Shown in pieces: positions 29,401-38,529 of a stretch of 64,000 bases of DNA (the stretch's first letter is position 1; every line of letters begins with the position of its first letter). A program made the translations under genes and the position numbers. The DNA comes from an uncultured delta proteobacterium (GTDB taxonomy: Bacteria; Desulfobacterota; Binatia; UBA9968), in NCBI GenBank assembly GCA_963745835.1, contig CAVUZH010000025.1, forward strand, positions 1 to 64,000, given 5' to 3'. The notes below the pieces were generated by a model. It saw nothing but the letters and a program-made list of their open reading frames with translations. It ran no database searches and had not been told where the DNA came from.

Positions 29401-30003
29401 TTATGGATTGTTATTCGGCAGTGCCCGCGCGATTTCGATCCAATTGTGGTGCCTGCTTACCAGCTCATGTTTCGTATCTTTCCGGTTCCACGGGCGATCC
29501 AGCAATGCAACGGGAGTCTTCATCTGAGATGCCAAGTACATTGCCATAATCGGCGAGTCTTCCACCGCCCAACAGAAGCTGTGATTGATCAGGGCCTCGA
29601 GAGAGATGCATTGGCTGCCATCGGGTGCGAACCGTCCGTATTTATCGACGATCAAGATCCTGTTATGGGGCACCCCGTGTTTGTTTAGCCATTGCACGGA
29701 AGGCTCATAGGTGTCCGGTGGGCGGCCCGTGACGATGGCAATCTCATGGCCGGCAGCGCTCCATTGCTGCAAAACATCGACGGCTCCTGGAATCGGCGGG
29801 ATGTTCAAGAGCTCCTCACCCTGATGCACGATCCGGTACAACTCCTGTTTTTCGTTTACCGTGAGCTCGCAAGCCTGGCCGACATCGAAATCAGTGAGTT
29901 GCTCAAAGGCAAATCTTTTCCCGAAATCTCTTTCGAGAATCGTTAGAAAGTGCTGCGCTGTTTGGCACAAGACATCATCCATGTCGACGTAAACGCATTG
30001 CAT
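29401..30003 (-). CDS. HAD-superfamily 5'(3')-deoxyribonucleotidase-like protein
   Basis: VDMDDVL, IVTGRP, VEDS, DRPWN. Confidence 0.75.
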   Translation of the reverse strand: MQCVYVDMDDVLCQTAQHFLTILERDFGKRFAFEQLTDFDVGQACELTVNEKQELYRIVHQGEELLNIPPIPGAVDVLQQWSAAGHEIAIVTGRPPDTYEPSVQWLNKHGVPHNRILIVDKYGRFAPDGSQCISLEALINHSFCWAVEDSPIMAMYLASQMKTPVALLDRPWNRKDTKHELVSRHHNWIEIARALPNNNP

Positions 30004-30194
30004 GTAGTCATCCCTTCACCACGTTACTTGCGATGGTTGTGACGCTTCCGGTATCTGCCAGAATCGAGTAATTTTTAGCTACAATCAACCTTGTCGCTTC
30101 TTGTGCGCGAGCTCATCCCCTGGATTGCTCGATCTTCTTGCCGGCTGTCTGACAGGTTCAGATCTAATTTCATCTTAAATCTCGAAGTCCGAAG

Positions 30195-30400
30195 TGAAAC
30201 AGCGATCAAGCAGCAAGCCCTCCGGAGCGAACCCAGACAATGGACCTGTGCCTGTACGGTTGCAATCTCTGTTACTGAAGGCCGACTTCCGGCGAATCAT
30301 CAGCCATGGACCAAGCGCCAATCATGAGATCGAAATTGTTCGCTTCTGTTCTTTCGCTCCCCAGGTCGCCTCTCGATCGGTACCAAACAACTCTCTTCTG
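30195..30400. mobile_element. MITE-like element with terminal inverted repeats, copy 1 (ends approximate)
   Basis: agcgatcaagcagcaagccctccggagcgaa ... ttcgctccccaggtcgcctctcgatcg; collinear with the copy at 40.1-40.3 kb. Confidence 0.55.
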
Positions 30401-30469
30401 CGAAATCTGGGTTTGTTCATTATTGAGTTTCCCGCGTCGTGTTTCTATACTTCTGCACTGGAGAAAACT

Positions 30470-31267
30470 ATGTCTTTGTTGAAGATTGCTACCTGGAACG
30501 TCAATGGCATTCGCGCGCGCGAAGCCCAGGTGCTCGAATGGGTCGAGCGCGAGCGACCGGACGTTGTCTGTCTTCAGGAATTGAAATCGACCGTGGCGCA
30601 GATTCCCGCGGCGCTTTGCGAGCTGCAGGGCTATCGATGCTACTGGCATGGCGCGCGCGCTTATTCCGGAGTCGGTCTGCACATACGCCGCGACGCTTTT
30701 GCCGAGGAGCCGCGCTTCTTTCATCCTTCCTTCGATTTTGAAACCCGTGTGGTCGCAGCGCAAATGGACGATCTGGTGGTGGTCTCGGCTTATGTTCCAA
30801 ACGGCGGTAAAGATTTTGCGGCAAAAATGCAGTTCCTGCGCGATATGGAAAACTATGTTGGCGAAGTTCACGTCAGCGGCGCCCGGCTGGTCTTCTGTGG
30901 CGATCTCAACATTGCGCGAAGCGAGCGCGATGTGCATCCGAAAGAGCGAAACCCCGGGATCATCGGGCAACGGCCGGAGGAGAGAGAACTGTTCGAGCGA
31001 ATTCTTGGTCACGGTCTTGTGGACGTTGGACGGGCGCTTGATCCGGATAACGAAAATCTTTTCACCTGGTGGGCGCCGTGGCGTCGCATGCGCGAGCGCA
31101 ATATCGGCTGGCGGCTCGACTACGTTCTGGCCAGCCAGTCTCTAGCAGCGCGCGCTTCGCAGTGCTTGGTCTATCGTGAAATCGGCACCAGCGACCACGC
31201 GCCGGTGGTCGCGCTATTCAATCTCGATGATGATACCGGTGAAACGGTGACGGTAGAACCCATATGA
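30470..31267 (+). CDS. xth: Exodeoxyribonuclease III
   Basis: ATWNVNGIR, LQELK, YVPNG, GDLN, GWRLDY, SDHAP; GGAG RBS before ATG 30470. Confidence 0.93.
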   Translation: MSLLKIATWNVNGIRAREAQVLEWVERERPDVVCLQELKSTVAQIPAALCELQGYRCYWHGARAYSGVGLHIRRDAFAEEPRFFHPSFDFETRVVAAQMDDLVVVSAYVPNGGKDFAAKMQFLRDMENYVGEVHVSGARLVFCGDLNIARSERDVHPKERNPGIIGQRPEERELFERILGHGLVDVGRALDPDNENLFTWWAPWRRMRERNIGWRLDYVLASQSLAARASQCLVYREIGTSDHAPVVALFNLDDDTGETVTVEPI

Positions 31268-31923
31268 AAAAAGATCGTGCGCAGCCCGACGATCTGAGCC
31301 ACTTCGGCAGGCTGGCAGAATACAATCGCAAGCGTCACTTCGGTGTCACCCCGGAGCCCCAGGGCAAGCTCGGCCGGCCAAACAGGAAAACTTTGGAATT
31401 TGTCGTTCAAAAACATCGCGCGAGCCGGCTCCACTATGATTTTCGTTTAGAGCACGACGGTGTGATGCTCTCATGGGCAGTGCCAAAGGGCCCGTCTACC
31501 GATCCGGCGAACAAGCGGTTTGCAATGCAGACCGAAGATCATCCCATCGAGTACAACCAGTTCGAAGGCGTGATCCCGGAAGGGGAATATGGCGGTGGCA
31601 CCGTAATGATTTGGGATCGGGGCACGTGGGAGCCCGAAGTGGATGATGTCGAGAAGGCGCTTGCTAAAGGTGATTTGAAGTTCAAACTAAATGGTAAAAA
31701 GCTACGCGGGTCGTGGGTGCTCGTGCGCATGCGGCCGCGGCAATGGCTGTTGATCAAGCACCGTGACATCGCCGCGTCCGCCGAGGACATTACGGTTGCG
31801 AAACCGCGCTCTGCGGTGTCTCGGCGAAGCCTTGCAGGAATCGCGCGCAAGGCCGGCGCAACTCCTCGACAGCTAGCGCAAGCACAAGAAGCAGACCGAT
31901 CTGCGGCAATACCAGCCGAATAA
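31264..31923 (+). CDS. Stand-alone LigD 3'-phosphoesterase domain protein
   Basis: FVVQKHRASRLHYDFRLE, SWAVPKGPS, EDHP, GEYGGGTVMIWDRG; no polymerase or ligase domain. Confidence 0.9.
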   Translation: MKKDRAQPDDLSHFGRLAEYNRKRHFGVTPEPQGKLGRPNRKTLEFVVQKHRASRLHYDFRLEHDGVMLSWAVPKGPSTDPANKRFAMQTEDHPIEYNQFEGVIPEGEYGGGTVMIWDRGTWEPEVDDVEKALAKGDLKFKLNGKKLRGSWVLVRMRPRQWLLIKHRDIAASAEDITVAKPRSAVSRRSLAGIARKAGATPRQLAQAQEADRSAAIPAE

Positions 31924-32017
31924 ATTGAACTCGATGTCCGTGGGTTTTTTAGATGGAATCATGCGATCGCGTCCGACTTGAAACCCGACCCGGGCGCGGT
32001 TTTTCACGAGAGCTTAG

Positions 32018-32722
32018 TTAAGACCTTACACACGAGTTTCCGGGTTGGTTTTCTAGCGCCGCAGCTAAACCCTCAGTGTCGTACTGTAGCAACAAATCCT
32101 CCGCATTCCGGTAAATCGCCACGCAGCCGGCGCGGCGCAGTTCCTCCTGGGTCCAGCCGCCGCACAGTAAGCCAATCGTTTTTAAGTTTGCCTTGGAAGC
32201 AGCCTGCGCATCGTAGGGTGTGTCGCCGATCACGACGGCATTTTCGGCCGCTACGCCTTTTAAACGAGCCAGGGCTGCCTGGAAGATATCCGGGTACGGC
32301 TTGGATCTATCGGCGTCATCGGACGAAGTTTCACTTTCGATCAGATCGTCGATTCGAGCAATTTTCTTGTACACGTCGAGTTCATCCGCCTTAGCGGAGG
32401 AGGCCAGGACGATTTGTTTGCCGTCTTTCTTTATTCGCTGGAACAATTCCCGCACTCTCGGAAATGCTTGTACGCGGGGCAAATAATCTTTTTTAAATAT
32501 CTCACTACGGTATTCGTCCAGATCTTCACCGAATTGATCCAGCTCTTCCTTCGAGAGAAAAACCGGCAGCAATTGGTCGGAGCCCTTGCCGATTTGGCGG
32601 CGGACCTCGTGAAATGGAAAGTTCTTGCCGAACTTTTCGAAAGCAACTCTCCAGGCTTCGGCATGCAGACCGACGGAATCGACGATGGTGCCGTCAACGT
32701 CGAATATCACGGCTTGTAGCAT
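32018..32722 (-). CDS. HAD family hydrolase/phosphatase
   Basis: FDVDGT, SKPYPDIF, IGDTPYD. Confidence 0.9.
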   Translation of the reverse strand: MLQAVIFDVDGTIVDSVGLHAEAWRVAFEKFGKNFPFHEVRRQIGKGSDQLLPVFLSKEELDQFGEDLDEYRSEIFKKDYLPRVQAFPRVRELFQRIKKDGKQIVLASSAKADELDVYKKIARIDDLIESETSSDDADRSKPYPDIFQAALARLKGVAAENAVVIGDTPYDAQAASKANLKTIGLLCGGWTQEELRRAGCVAIYRNAEDLLLQYDTEGLAAALENQPGNSCVRS

Positions 32723-32809
32723 TTGTTCAGCGTACGTGCTGCCGGCGAGACACTGTCTTTGGCTTGTGCCAAGAACGAAACAGGAGAGGATGATGGCGTT
32801 CGGTATTGA

Positions 32810-32848
32810 GACAGACGAAGCAGGCTAATGTTTGCTGCTTCGTCTGTC
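32810..32848. terminator. Perfect 14-bp hairpin downstream of the 25-aa ORF
   Basis: GACAGACGAAGCAG-N11-CTGCTTCGTCTGTC; no strong U-tract. Confidence 0.55.
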
Positions 32849-32861
32849 CGACGATTCAGGT

Positions 32862-32939
32862 TTAGCGCAATCCTAAATAGCCCAAGATAAACAACACCAC
32901 GACGATGACGCCGATGATATAAAAAATATTTCCAGGCAT
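32862..32939 (-). CDS. 25-aa single-transmembrane peptide MPGNIFYIIGVIVVVLFILGYLGLR
   Basis: Manual translation; AAGGAGG RBS 7 nt upstream; upstream sigma54 box and downstream hairpin. Confidence 0.75.
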   Translation of the reverse strand: MPGNIFYIIGVIVVVLFILGYLGLR

Positions 32940-33053
32940 GACCGATCCTCCTTAGTAGTTGATTTTCCTGAACCCACCCCAGAGGTTCCGAACTCTGCAG
33001 GCGAACGCAGGCAAAATAGTTGCGACAGATCCGAGACTACGTGACTTATTTTC

Positions 33054-33069
33054 AGCAATTGATATGCCA
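33054..33069 (-). promoter_or_regulatory. Sigma54 promoter
   Basis: TGGCATATCAATTGCT on the minus strand, near consensus. Confidence 0.75.
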
Positions 33070-33172
33070 CGAGTGAAATTCACAATTCCCGATCTGAGCC
33101 TACATCGAGGCGAGTTCACGACTCGACTAAACCAGGAGTACCGTGTCTTAAATAAAAAAGAGCGTCACGAAA

Positions 33173-35119
33173 TCAACTTTGATCGACGTTCGCGAGATTG
33201 ATGGCGTGCTTCGAGGCTGAACTCCATTCGGCAACTACAAGCGCGACGCCGAGAAGAATGCCGGCGGCATTCGCTCCGAGCCAAAGGGAAGTAGACGCCG
33301 ATGGAATTAGTAACAGTCCGGCCGCTATCATCAGGATTCGTTTCGTCCAGCCTAGCCAATGGAAGAGATAACCCGCCACGCCAACACTCAAGAAAACGAC
33401 GCCGATCACCGCCGTGATAATCGCCGCGCCGATTTCTACTATCGTGCCTTTGAAGAGCAACGCCGGATGAAAGACAAAAACGAAGGGAACTATATAAGCG
33501 ACGATGCCCAGTCTCATGCCGGTCCAGCCGGATTTCCAAAAGTCGGCGCGCGCAATCGACGCCGCCGCGTAAGTCGCGATGCAATCGGGCGGAGTAATCA
33601 GCGACAGCATGCCGAAGTAAAAGAAGAAAAGGTGCGCGGCCAGCGGCGGGATGCCAACTTGTACCAGCGCTGGGCCGACCAGCACCGCAAGCATGATGTA
33701 GACAACCGTCGTTGGCAGCGACATTCCGAGAATGATCGAAACTACTGCCGTAAGGATCAAGAGAATTATGGTACTGCCGCCGGCCATCTTGACCAGTAGC
33801 AGCGCCAGCTTGAACGTCAGGCCGGAAAGTTGGAAAGCGCCAATGACCAGTCCCGCGAGCGCGGTCACCACGGCGATGTCCAGAAGTATCTTGCCGGTTC
33901 CTTCGATGCTATCGAGAATGCTCTTGAGGCTCGGCCGTGTTTCCTTTTGCAGCGCGCCAACGAGAAACGTCGCGATTACTGCCGCCATGCCGGCTTTACC
34001 CGGTTCCCAAAAGGCGAACATGAGGGTGTAAACCAGCACCGCAAGTGGAAGCAGAAAAACCCAGCCTCGTTTGATTACGTCGCGGAACTTGGGAATCTCG
34101 CTTTCCGGCATGCCCACGAGCCCCAGCTTGGCGGCTTCCAGATCGATCTGAGTGAACAAGGCGGCATAGTAGAGACAAGCGGGGATGGCCGCGGCAAGGG
34201 CAACTTCGCCGTAGGATATGTTTAGGAACTCGGCCATCAGAAACGCCGCCACACCCATAACGGGCGGCATAATCTGGCCGCCGTTGGATGCGACCGCCTC
34301 GATAGCTGCGGCGACATGGGGCGGATAGCCGCTCTTTTTCATCATCGGAATGGTGATGGCGCCATCGACGACAACGTTGGCCACGGCACTGCCGGACACT
34401 GTGCCAAAGAGAGTCGAGGAGACAACGGCAACTTTAGCAGTTCCGCCGCGAAAACGCCCCATGAGCACAAGAGCAATATCGGTGAGAAACTTATCGCCGC
34501 CGACTGCATACAGCGCTTGGCCGAAAAAGATGAAAGCGACGATTACGCTGGCCGCGACATCCAATGGCAAGCCGAAGATGCCACTGGAATCTAAATAAAG
34601 ATAAGTGACGAGCCGTTGCCAGCTAGAGCCATTGGCGTTCAATATGCCGGGGAAGAGGTAGGCGAATTTGGCGTAGAGAATAATCGGCACGGTGATCCAC
34701 ACCAGCGCCCAGCCCACTACGCGGCGTGTCGCTTCGAGAATCAAGAGAATCGCTATGCCGCCCAGTATCCAGCGCTCGGGCGAGAGAACTCCCAAGCGGT
34801 AGGCGATGACCGGGTACATGACTGTGACATACCCACCCACGGTCAAGCCGGCGATCGCCAAGAGCCAGTCGTGCCAAGGGATCACATCGTCAGGATCGGA
34901 CGCGCGCGCTTTGACGTTGATAAAAATGCTCGCGAGCACAAGAGCGAAGAAGAGCCCGAGATATTGTTCTTTAAAAAATGTCCACGAGAGTGCGTCGTGA
35001 ATCTCGAGCGCCCAAAGCGCGCCTAAAAACGTCAGGGCACAAAGCAGCAGACGCGCCAACTTCGCCGGCGCTCCGGGGAGAGATCTGAATTTGCTTGTCG
35101 GCGCGAAGTCGTCACTCAT
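33173..35119 (-). CDS. TRAP transporter fused 4TM/12TM permease
   Basis: SGSAVANVV, EAVASNGGQIMPPVMG, ITPP. Confidence 0.93.
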   Translation of the reverse strand: MSDDFAPTSKFRSLPGAPAKLARLLLCALTFLGALWALEIHDALSWTFFKEQYLGLFFALVLASIFINVKARASDPDDVIPWHDWLLAIAGLTVGGYVTVMYPVIAYRLGVLSPERWILGGIAILLILEATRRVVGWALVWITVPIILYAKFAYLFPGILNANGSSWQRLVTYLYLDSSGIFGLPLDVAASVIVAFIFFGQALYAVGGDKFLTDIALVLMGRFRGGTAKVAVVSSTLFGTVSGSAVANVVVDGAITIPMMKKSGYPPHVAAAIEAVASNGGQIMPPVMGVAAFLMAEFLNISYGEVALAAAIPACLYYAALFTQIDLEAAKLGLVGMPESEIPKFRDVIKRGWVFLLPLAVLVYTLMFAFWEPGKAGMAAVIATFLVGALQKETRPSLKSILDSIEGTGKILLDIAVVTALAGLVIGAFQLSGLTFKLALLLVKMAGGSTIILLILTAVVSIILGMSLPTTVVYIMLAVLVGPALVQVGIPPLAAHLFFFYFGMLSLITPPDCIATYAAASIARADFWKSGWTGMRLGIVAYIVPFVFVFHPALLFKGTIVEIGAAIITAVIGVVFLSVGVAGYLFHWLGWTKRILMIAAGLLLIPSASTSLWLGANAAGILLGVALVVAEWSSASKHAINLANVDQS

Positions 35120-35217
35120 TACAATCGCTAAAATCGTTTCAAGTTTTTAATTTTCGAGCACGCGCCGATTCCAAACGTTTCAACGTTCAACAAGCTTCAC
35201 CCGCGACCAAAGTGAGT

Positions 35218-36258
35218 CTAGGAATTCATTGCCAACAGGCGCTTTTGGGTTTCGTCCATCTTGGTTGGCCAAGCGTTCTTCTCCTTGTAAAACGGTATTG
35301 CCGCCGGATGGTAAGGTATGGTCGCATCGAGAGTGACAGCGCGCTCGCGTGTCCACTCCTGGAGGGAGGGGTGTAGGAGCGCGAGCTTGTCGGTGTTGTC
35401 CCAGATCGATTTCAAGGCCGCGTGGACTATGTCATTGCTCAACGCTTTATGACCGACGAGGTACATGTCGTAGGCTTGCACGCAGGTATCGCCGACGATG
35501 CCGTTGGAGATGCCGGATTTTAATATCGTCAGATAGTAACCCGGAACCGCTTTTTTAAGGCGTGCCTCGCCTTGGGGCGAGCAGTCGAGCGCCACAAAGC
35601 GCACGCCGATGGCGGCGTCGGCTTCTTTGACTTTGGCCGAACCGACGGTGTGGTTGCTCACGTCGGCGCGTCCCTGAATCAGGGCGTCAATGCCTTCGTT
35701 AACCGCCGGGACCGGCACGACTTTAACATCATCCCAGGTCAAATTGCCGGTGGACAACGAGCCATAGACACTGAACCATACGGCGAGGTGCGCGGGATAT
35801 TCGCCAGTGACCCGCTTGCCTTTGACATCATTGACGGTTTTCACTGGACCGTCTTTGCGCGAGACCAGACTTGTCAGCAGCGGCGAACCGCGCATGATGA
35901 GTCGAGCATTGGGCGTGTATGGCAGCGGGTTTCGACCGCCGATTTTCAATTTTGGACCCTGATAGGCCATGGCCATGTCAACGGCGTTGATGATGCCAAA
36001 GTCGAGTTCGCCGTTATCTAACATCGGCAAAAAGGTGCTGCTGCCTGTATAGGGCTGGACCATCGCCTGCATCGGTCCGGCGCCGCTGATTACCTTTGCA
36101 AGACCACTCGCCACTGAATAGAAAAGGCTACCCGCAGGATTGGTGCCGATGATTGTCGATGCGGGGAGCTTCTGCGCCTGGGCCGGCGCAGATACAAGTA
36201 AAAACGTTGCGGTGCTGACAGTGATGAAAAGATCGCGAATGTTACGTCCCGTACGCAT
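35218..36258 (-). CDS. TAXI family TRAP solute receptor
   Basis: GTNPAGSLFY, KGKRV, IPYHPAA. Confidence 0.9.
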   Translation of the reverse strand: MRTGRNIRDLFITVSTATFLLVSAPAQAQKLPASTIIGTNPAGSLFYSVASGLAKVISGAGPMQAMVQPYTGSSTFLPMLDNGELDFGIINAVDMAMAYQGPKLKIGGRNPLPYTPNARLIMRGSPLLTSLVSRKDGPVKTVNDVKGKRVTGEYPAHLAVWFSVYGSLSTGNLTWDDVKVVPVPAVNEGIDALIQGRADVSNHTVGSAKVKEADAAIGVRFVALDCSPQGEARLKKAVPGYYLTILKSGISNGIVGDTCVQAYDMYLVGHKALSNDIVHAALKSIWDNTDKLALLHPSLQEWTRERAVTLDATIPYHPAAIPFYKEKNAWPTKMDETQKRLLAMNS

Positions 36259-36312
36259 AAAAATTCCCCGCGTTGCCGTTTGAAGATTCTCAGGTTGTCG
36301 AACTGCGAGTTT

Positions 36313-37350
36313 TTAGTTTAGAGACAATAGCTTTTTCTGCACCTCATCCATTTTGGCCGACCATGCGCCGTTCTCTTTGAAGAAGCGAATCGCGGCCGGA
36401 TGATATGGGATGGTGACTTCCGGGTCGACAGCCCGTGCCTGGGTCCACTCAGCGAAACCCGGATGAAACTGCGGGAGCTTTTCGACATTGACCCAGATTG
36501 CTTGCAGGGCGGAGCGCACGACGACGTCGGGCAGCGCCTTGTGGCCGACAAAGTAAATGTCGTAGGTGTAAGCGCAAGTGTCTTCGACGATGCCGGTTGA
36601 CGAACCCGCTTTGACGACGGAGAGATAATACCCCGGCACAGCTTTTTTGATCCGCTCTTCGCCTTGCTTGGAGCAGTCGAGCGGAATATACCGAATACCC
36701 ACGGAAGCGTCCGCCTCCCGTACTTTCGCGGAGCCAATGGCATGGGTGGTCACGTCGGCGCGTCCCTGAACGAGAGCGTCGACGCCTTCGTTCACCGCCG
36801 GAACCGGGACCACCTTCACATCCTTCCATGTCAAGCCGGCGTTGGAGAGGGAACCGAATACGTTGTACCAGACGGCAAGCTGCGCCGGATACTCGCCGGT
36901 CACCCGTTTGCCTTTGACTTCACCAATGCTTTTTATCGGCGAGTCCTTCTTGACGATCAAGCTGCTGCGCAATGGCGAGCCGCGCATGATGAGGCGGGAA
37001 TTGGGCGTGTGCGGAAACGGATTTCTGCCGCCGATCTGCAAACGCTTCGGTCCCTGGTAGGCAAGACCCATGTCGACCGCGTTGACGACGCCGAGATCGA
37101 GTTCACCGGAATCGAGCAAGGGTAAAAATGTACTGGTGCCGGAGTAGGGCTGAACTTGGGTTTGAACGCTGGTTGAATCGCTGATGACCTTGGCTAGGCC
37201 GCTAGCCAACGCATAAAACAGCGACCCTGGCGGGTTGGAACCGATGGCTGCGGATTTAGGAAGCTGTTGGGCGTTCGCTACGCCCCCGAGAAGCACGAGC
37301 GGTAATAACGTGGTCATTAGGAACCGATATAGATTCGATCGGGCATTCAT
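36313..37350 (-). CDS. TAXI family TRAP solute receptor (paralog of the adjacent gene)
   Basis: GSNPPGSLFY, KGKRVTGEYPA, IPYHPAA. Confidence 0.9.
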   Translation of the reverse strand: MNARSNLYRFLMTTLLPLVLLGGVANAQQLPKSAAIGSNPPGSLFYALASGLAKVISDSTSVQTQVQPYSGTSTFLPLLDSGELDLGVVNAVDMGLAYQGPKRLQIGGRNPFPHTPNSRLIMRGSPLRSSLIVKKDSPIKSIGEVKGKRVTGEYPAQLAVWYNVFGSLSNAGLTWKDVKVVPVPAVNEGVDALVQGRADVTTHAIGSAKVREADASVGIRYIPLDCSKQGEERIKKAVPGYYLSVVKAGSSTGIVEDTCAYTYDIYFVGHKALPDVVVRSALQAIWVNVEKLPQFHPGFAEWTQARAVDPEVTIPYHPAAIRFFKENGAWSAKMDEVQKKLLSLN

Positions 37351-37480
37351 TGCCAATAATCCTCCTTCGCTGCCGCTAATCCAATTGGCGCGTTTTGCCG
37401 TGCCGGATGAAATTTCACATCAGCATTCTTGCGTTTCGATTTTCAGAGCATCGATGGCGCCAGGGAATTTATTTGCTGCC

Positions 37481-38506
37481 TTATTTCGCCTCGGGGATTT
37501 CCACCTTACCGACGCGCTTGATGGCGTCGGCGAGCATCTTGGCATCCTTGTCCCAGAATTTCTGAAACTCGGGCGCGTCAAGATAGGCGATCGGCGTCTC
37601 TAATTTTTCCATAGCCGATTTGAACTCGGGTGTGTTCACCGCCTGCTTTACAGTATCGCGAATTGTTTTCATCACGGCAGCCGGCGTTCCTCTTGGCGCA
37701 AACAGCCCGGCCCAGATGTAAAATTCGACATCGTATCCAAGCTCCTTGAAAGTCGGCACATCAGGAAGGGAATCGACCCTCTTCGCGCCCCATCCGGCCA
37801 ACGGTCGCAGCTTGCCTCCCTTGATGTGTGGGATCACCACTGCCGGTCCTGAGGCGAGGGTGTCGACATGTCCTCCGAGAATCGCCGTGAGCGCCGGTCC
37901 CGCTCCGGCATAAGGAACGTGCTTCAATTTGATGCCTGCGGAATGAGAGAGCATCTCCATCGCCATGTGCAACGTCCCGTACACACCAGAGGAAGAAAAA
38001 GAAATATCCGCCGGACGTTTTTTGGCATCTTCGACAAATTCTTTAACGTTTTTCCATGGCCGACTCGCGCTCACAACCAAAATCGTCGGATCAGCGGAAA
38101 TCAACGCGATCGGAATGAGCTGGTCCATGGAATAGGCGGGTTTGCGGTCGAAGAGCTTATCCGCCTCTGGAATAATGGAGATGCTTGAGAGAGCCATAAG
38201 CAGGTTGTATCCGTCAGGCTTGCTATTGGCAACGAAAGACATTCCGACAGCGCCAGCCGCTCCAGTCTTGTTCACGACCACCACCGGGTTTTTCAAAACC
38301 TTTTCCATCGCGGCGGCAACCGGCCGAGCCGTCAGATCGGCAACCCCCCCGGGAGGGAATGGAGCTACGATGGTAATCGGACGGTTCGGGTATTTTTCTT
38401 GGGCCGGCGATTCAGCGATCAGAGCGAAGAACTGAACCAACAAAAATGAGAGAAAGTGAACCCAGCGCGACCGCGGCAGAATAGCTGGACTATAATTGTT
38501 TGTCAT
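37481..38506 (-). CDS. tctC: Tripartite tricarboxylate transporter receptor (Bug/TctC)
   Basis: YPNRPITIVAPFPPGG, PDGY, HVPY, PDVPTFKE. Confidence 0.92.
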   Translation of the reverse strand: MTNNYSPAILPRSRWVHFLSFLLVQFFALIAESPAQEKYPNRPITIVAPFPPGGVADLTARPVAAAMEKVLKNPVVVVNKTGAAGAVGMSFVANSKPDGYNLLMALSSISIIPEADKLFDRKPAYSMDQLIPIALISADPTILVVSASRPWKNVKEFVEDAKKRPADISFSSSGVYGTLHMAMEMLSHSAGIKLKHVPYAGAGPALTAILGGHVDTLASGPAVVIPHIKGGKLRPLAGWGAKRVDSLPDVPTFKELGYDVEFYIWAGLFAPRGTPAAVMKTIRDTVKQAVNTPEFKSAMEKLETPIAYLDAPEFQKFWDKDAKMLADAIKRVGKVEIPEAK

Positions 38507-38529
38507 TGTTCACCTCCCATAGACGAGAT

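Noticed and set aside
30194-30469. 92-aa N-terminal extension of xth
   Set aside because: It runs through the repeat element; the family start and RBS are at 30470
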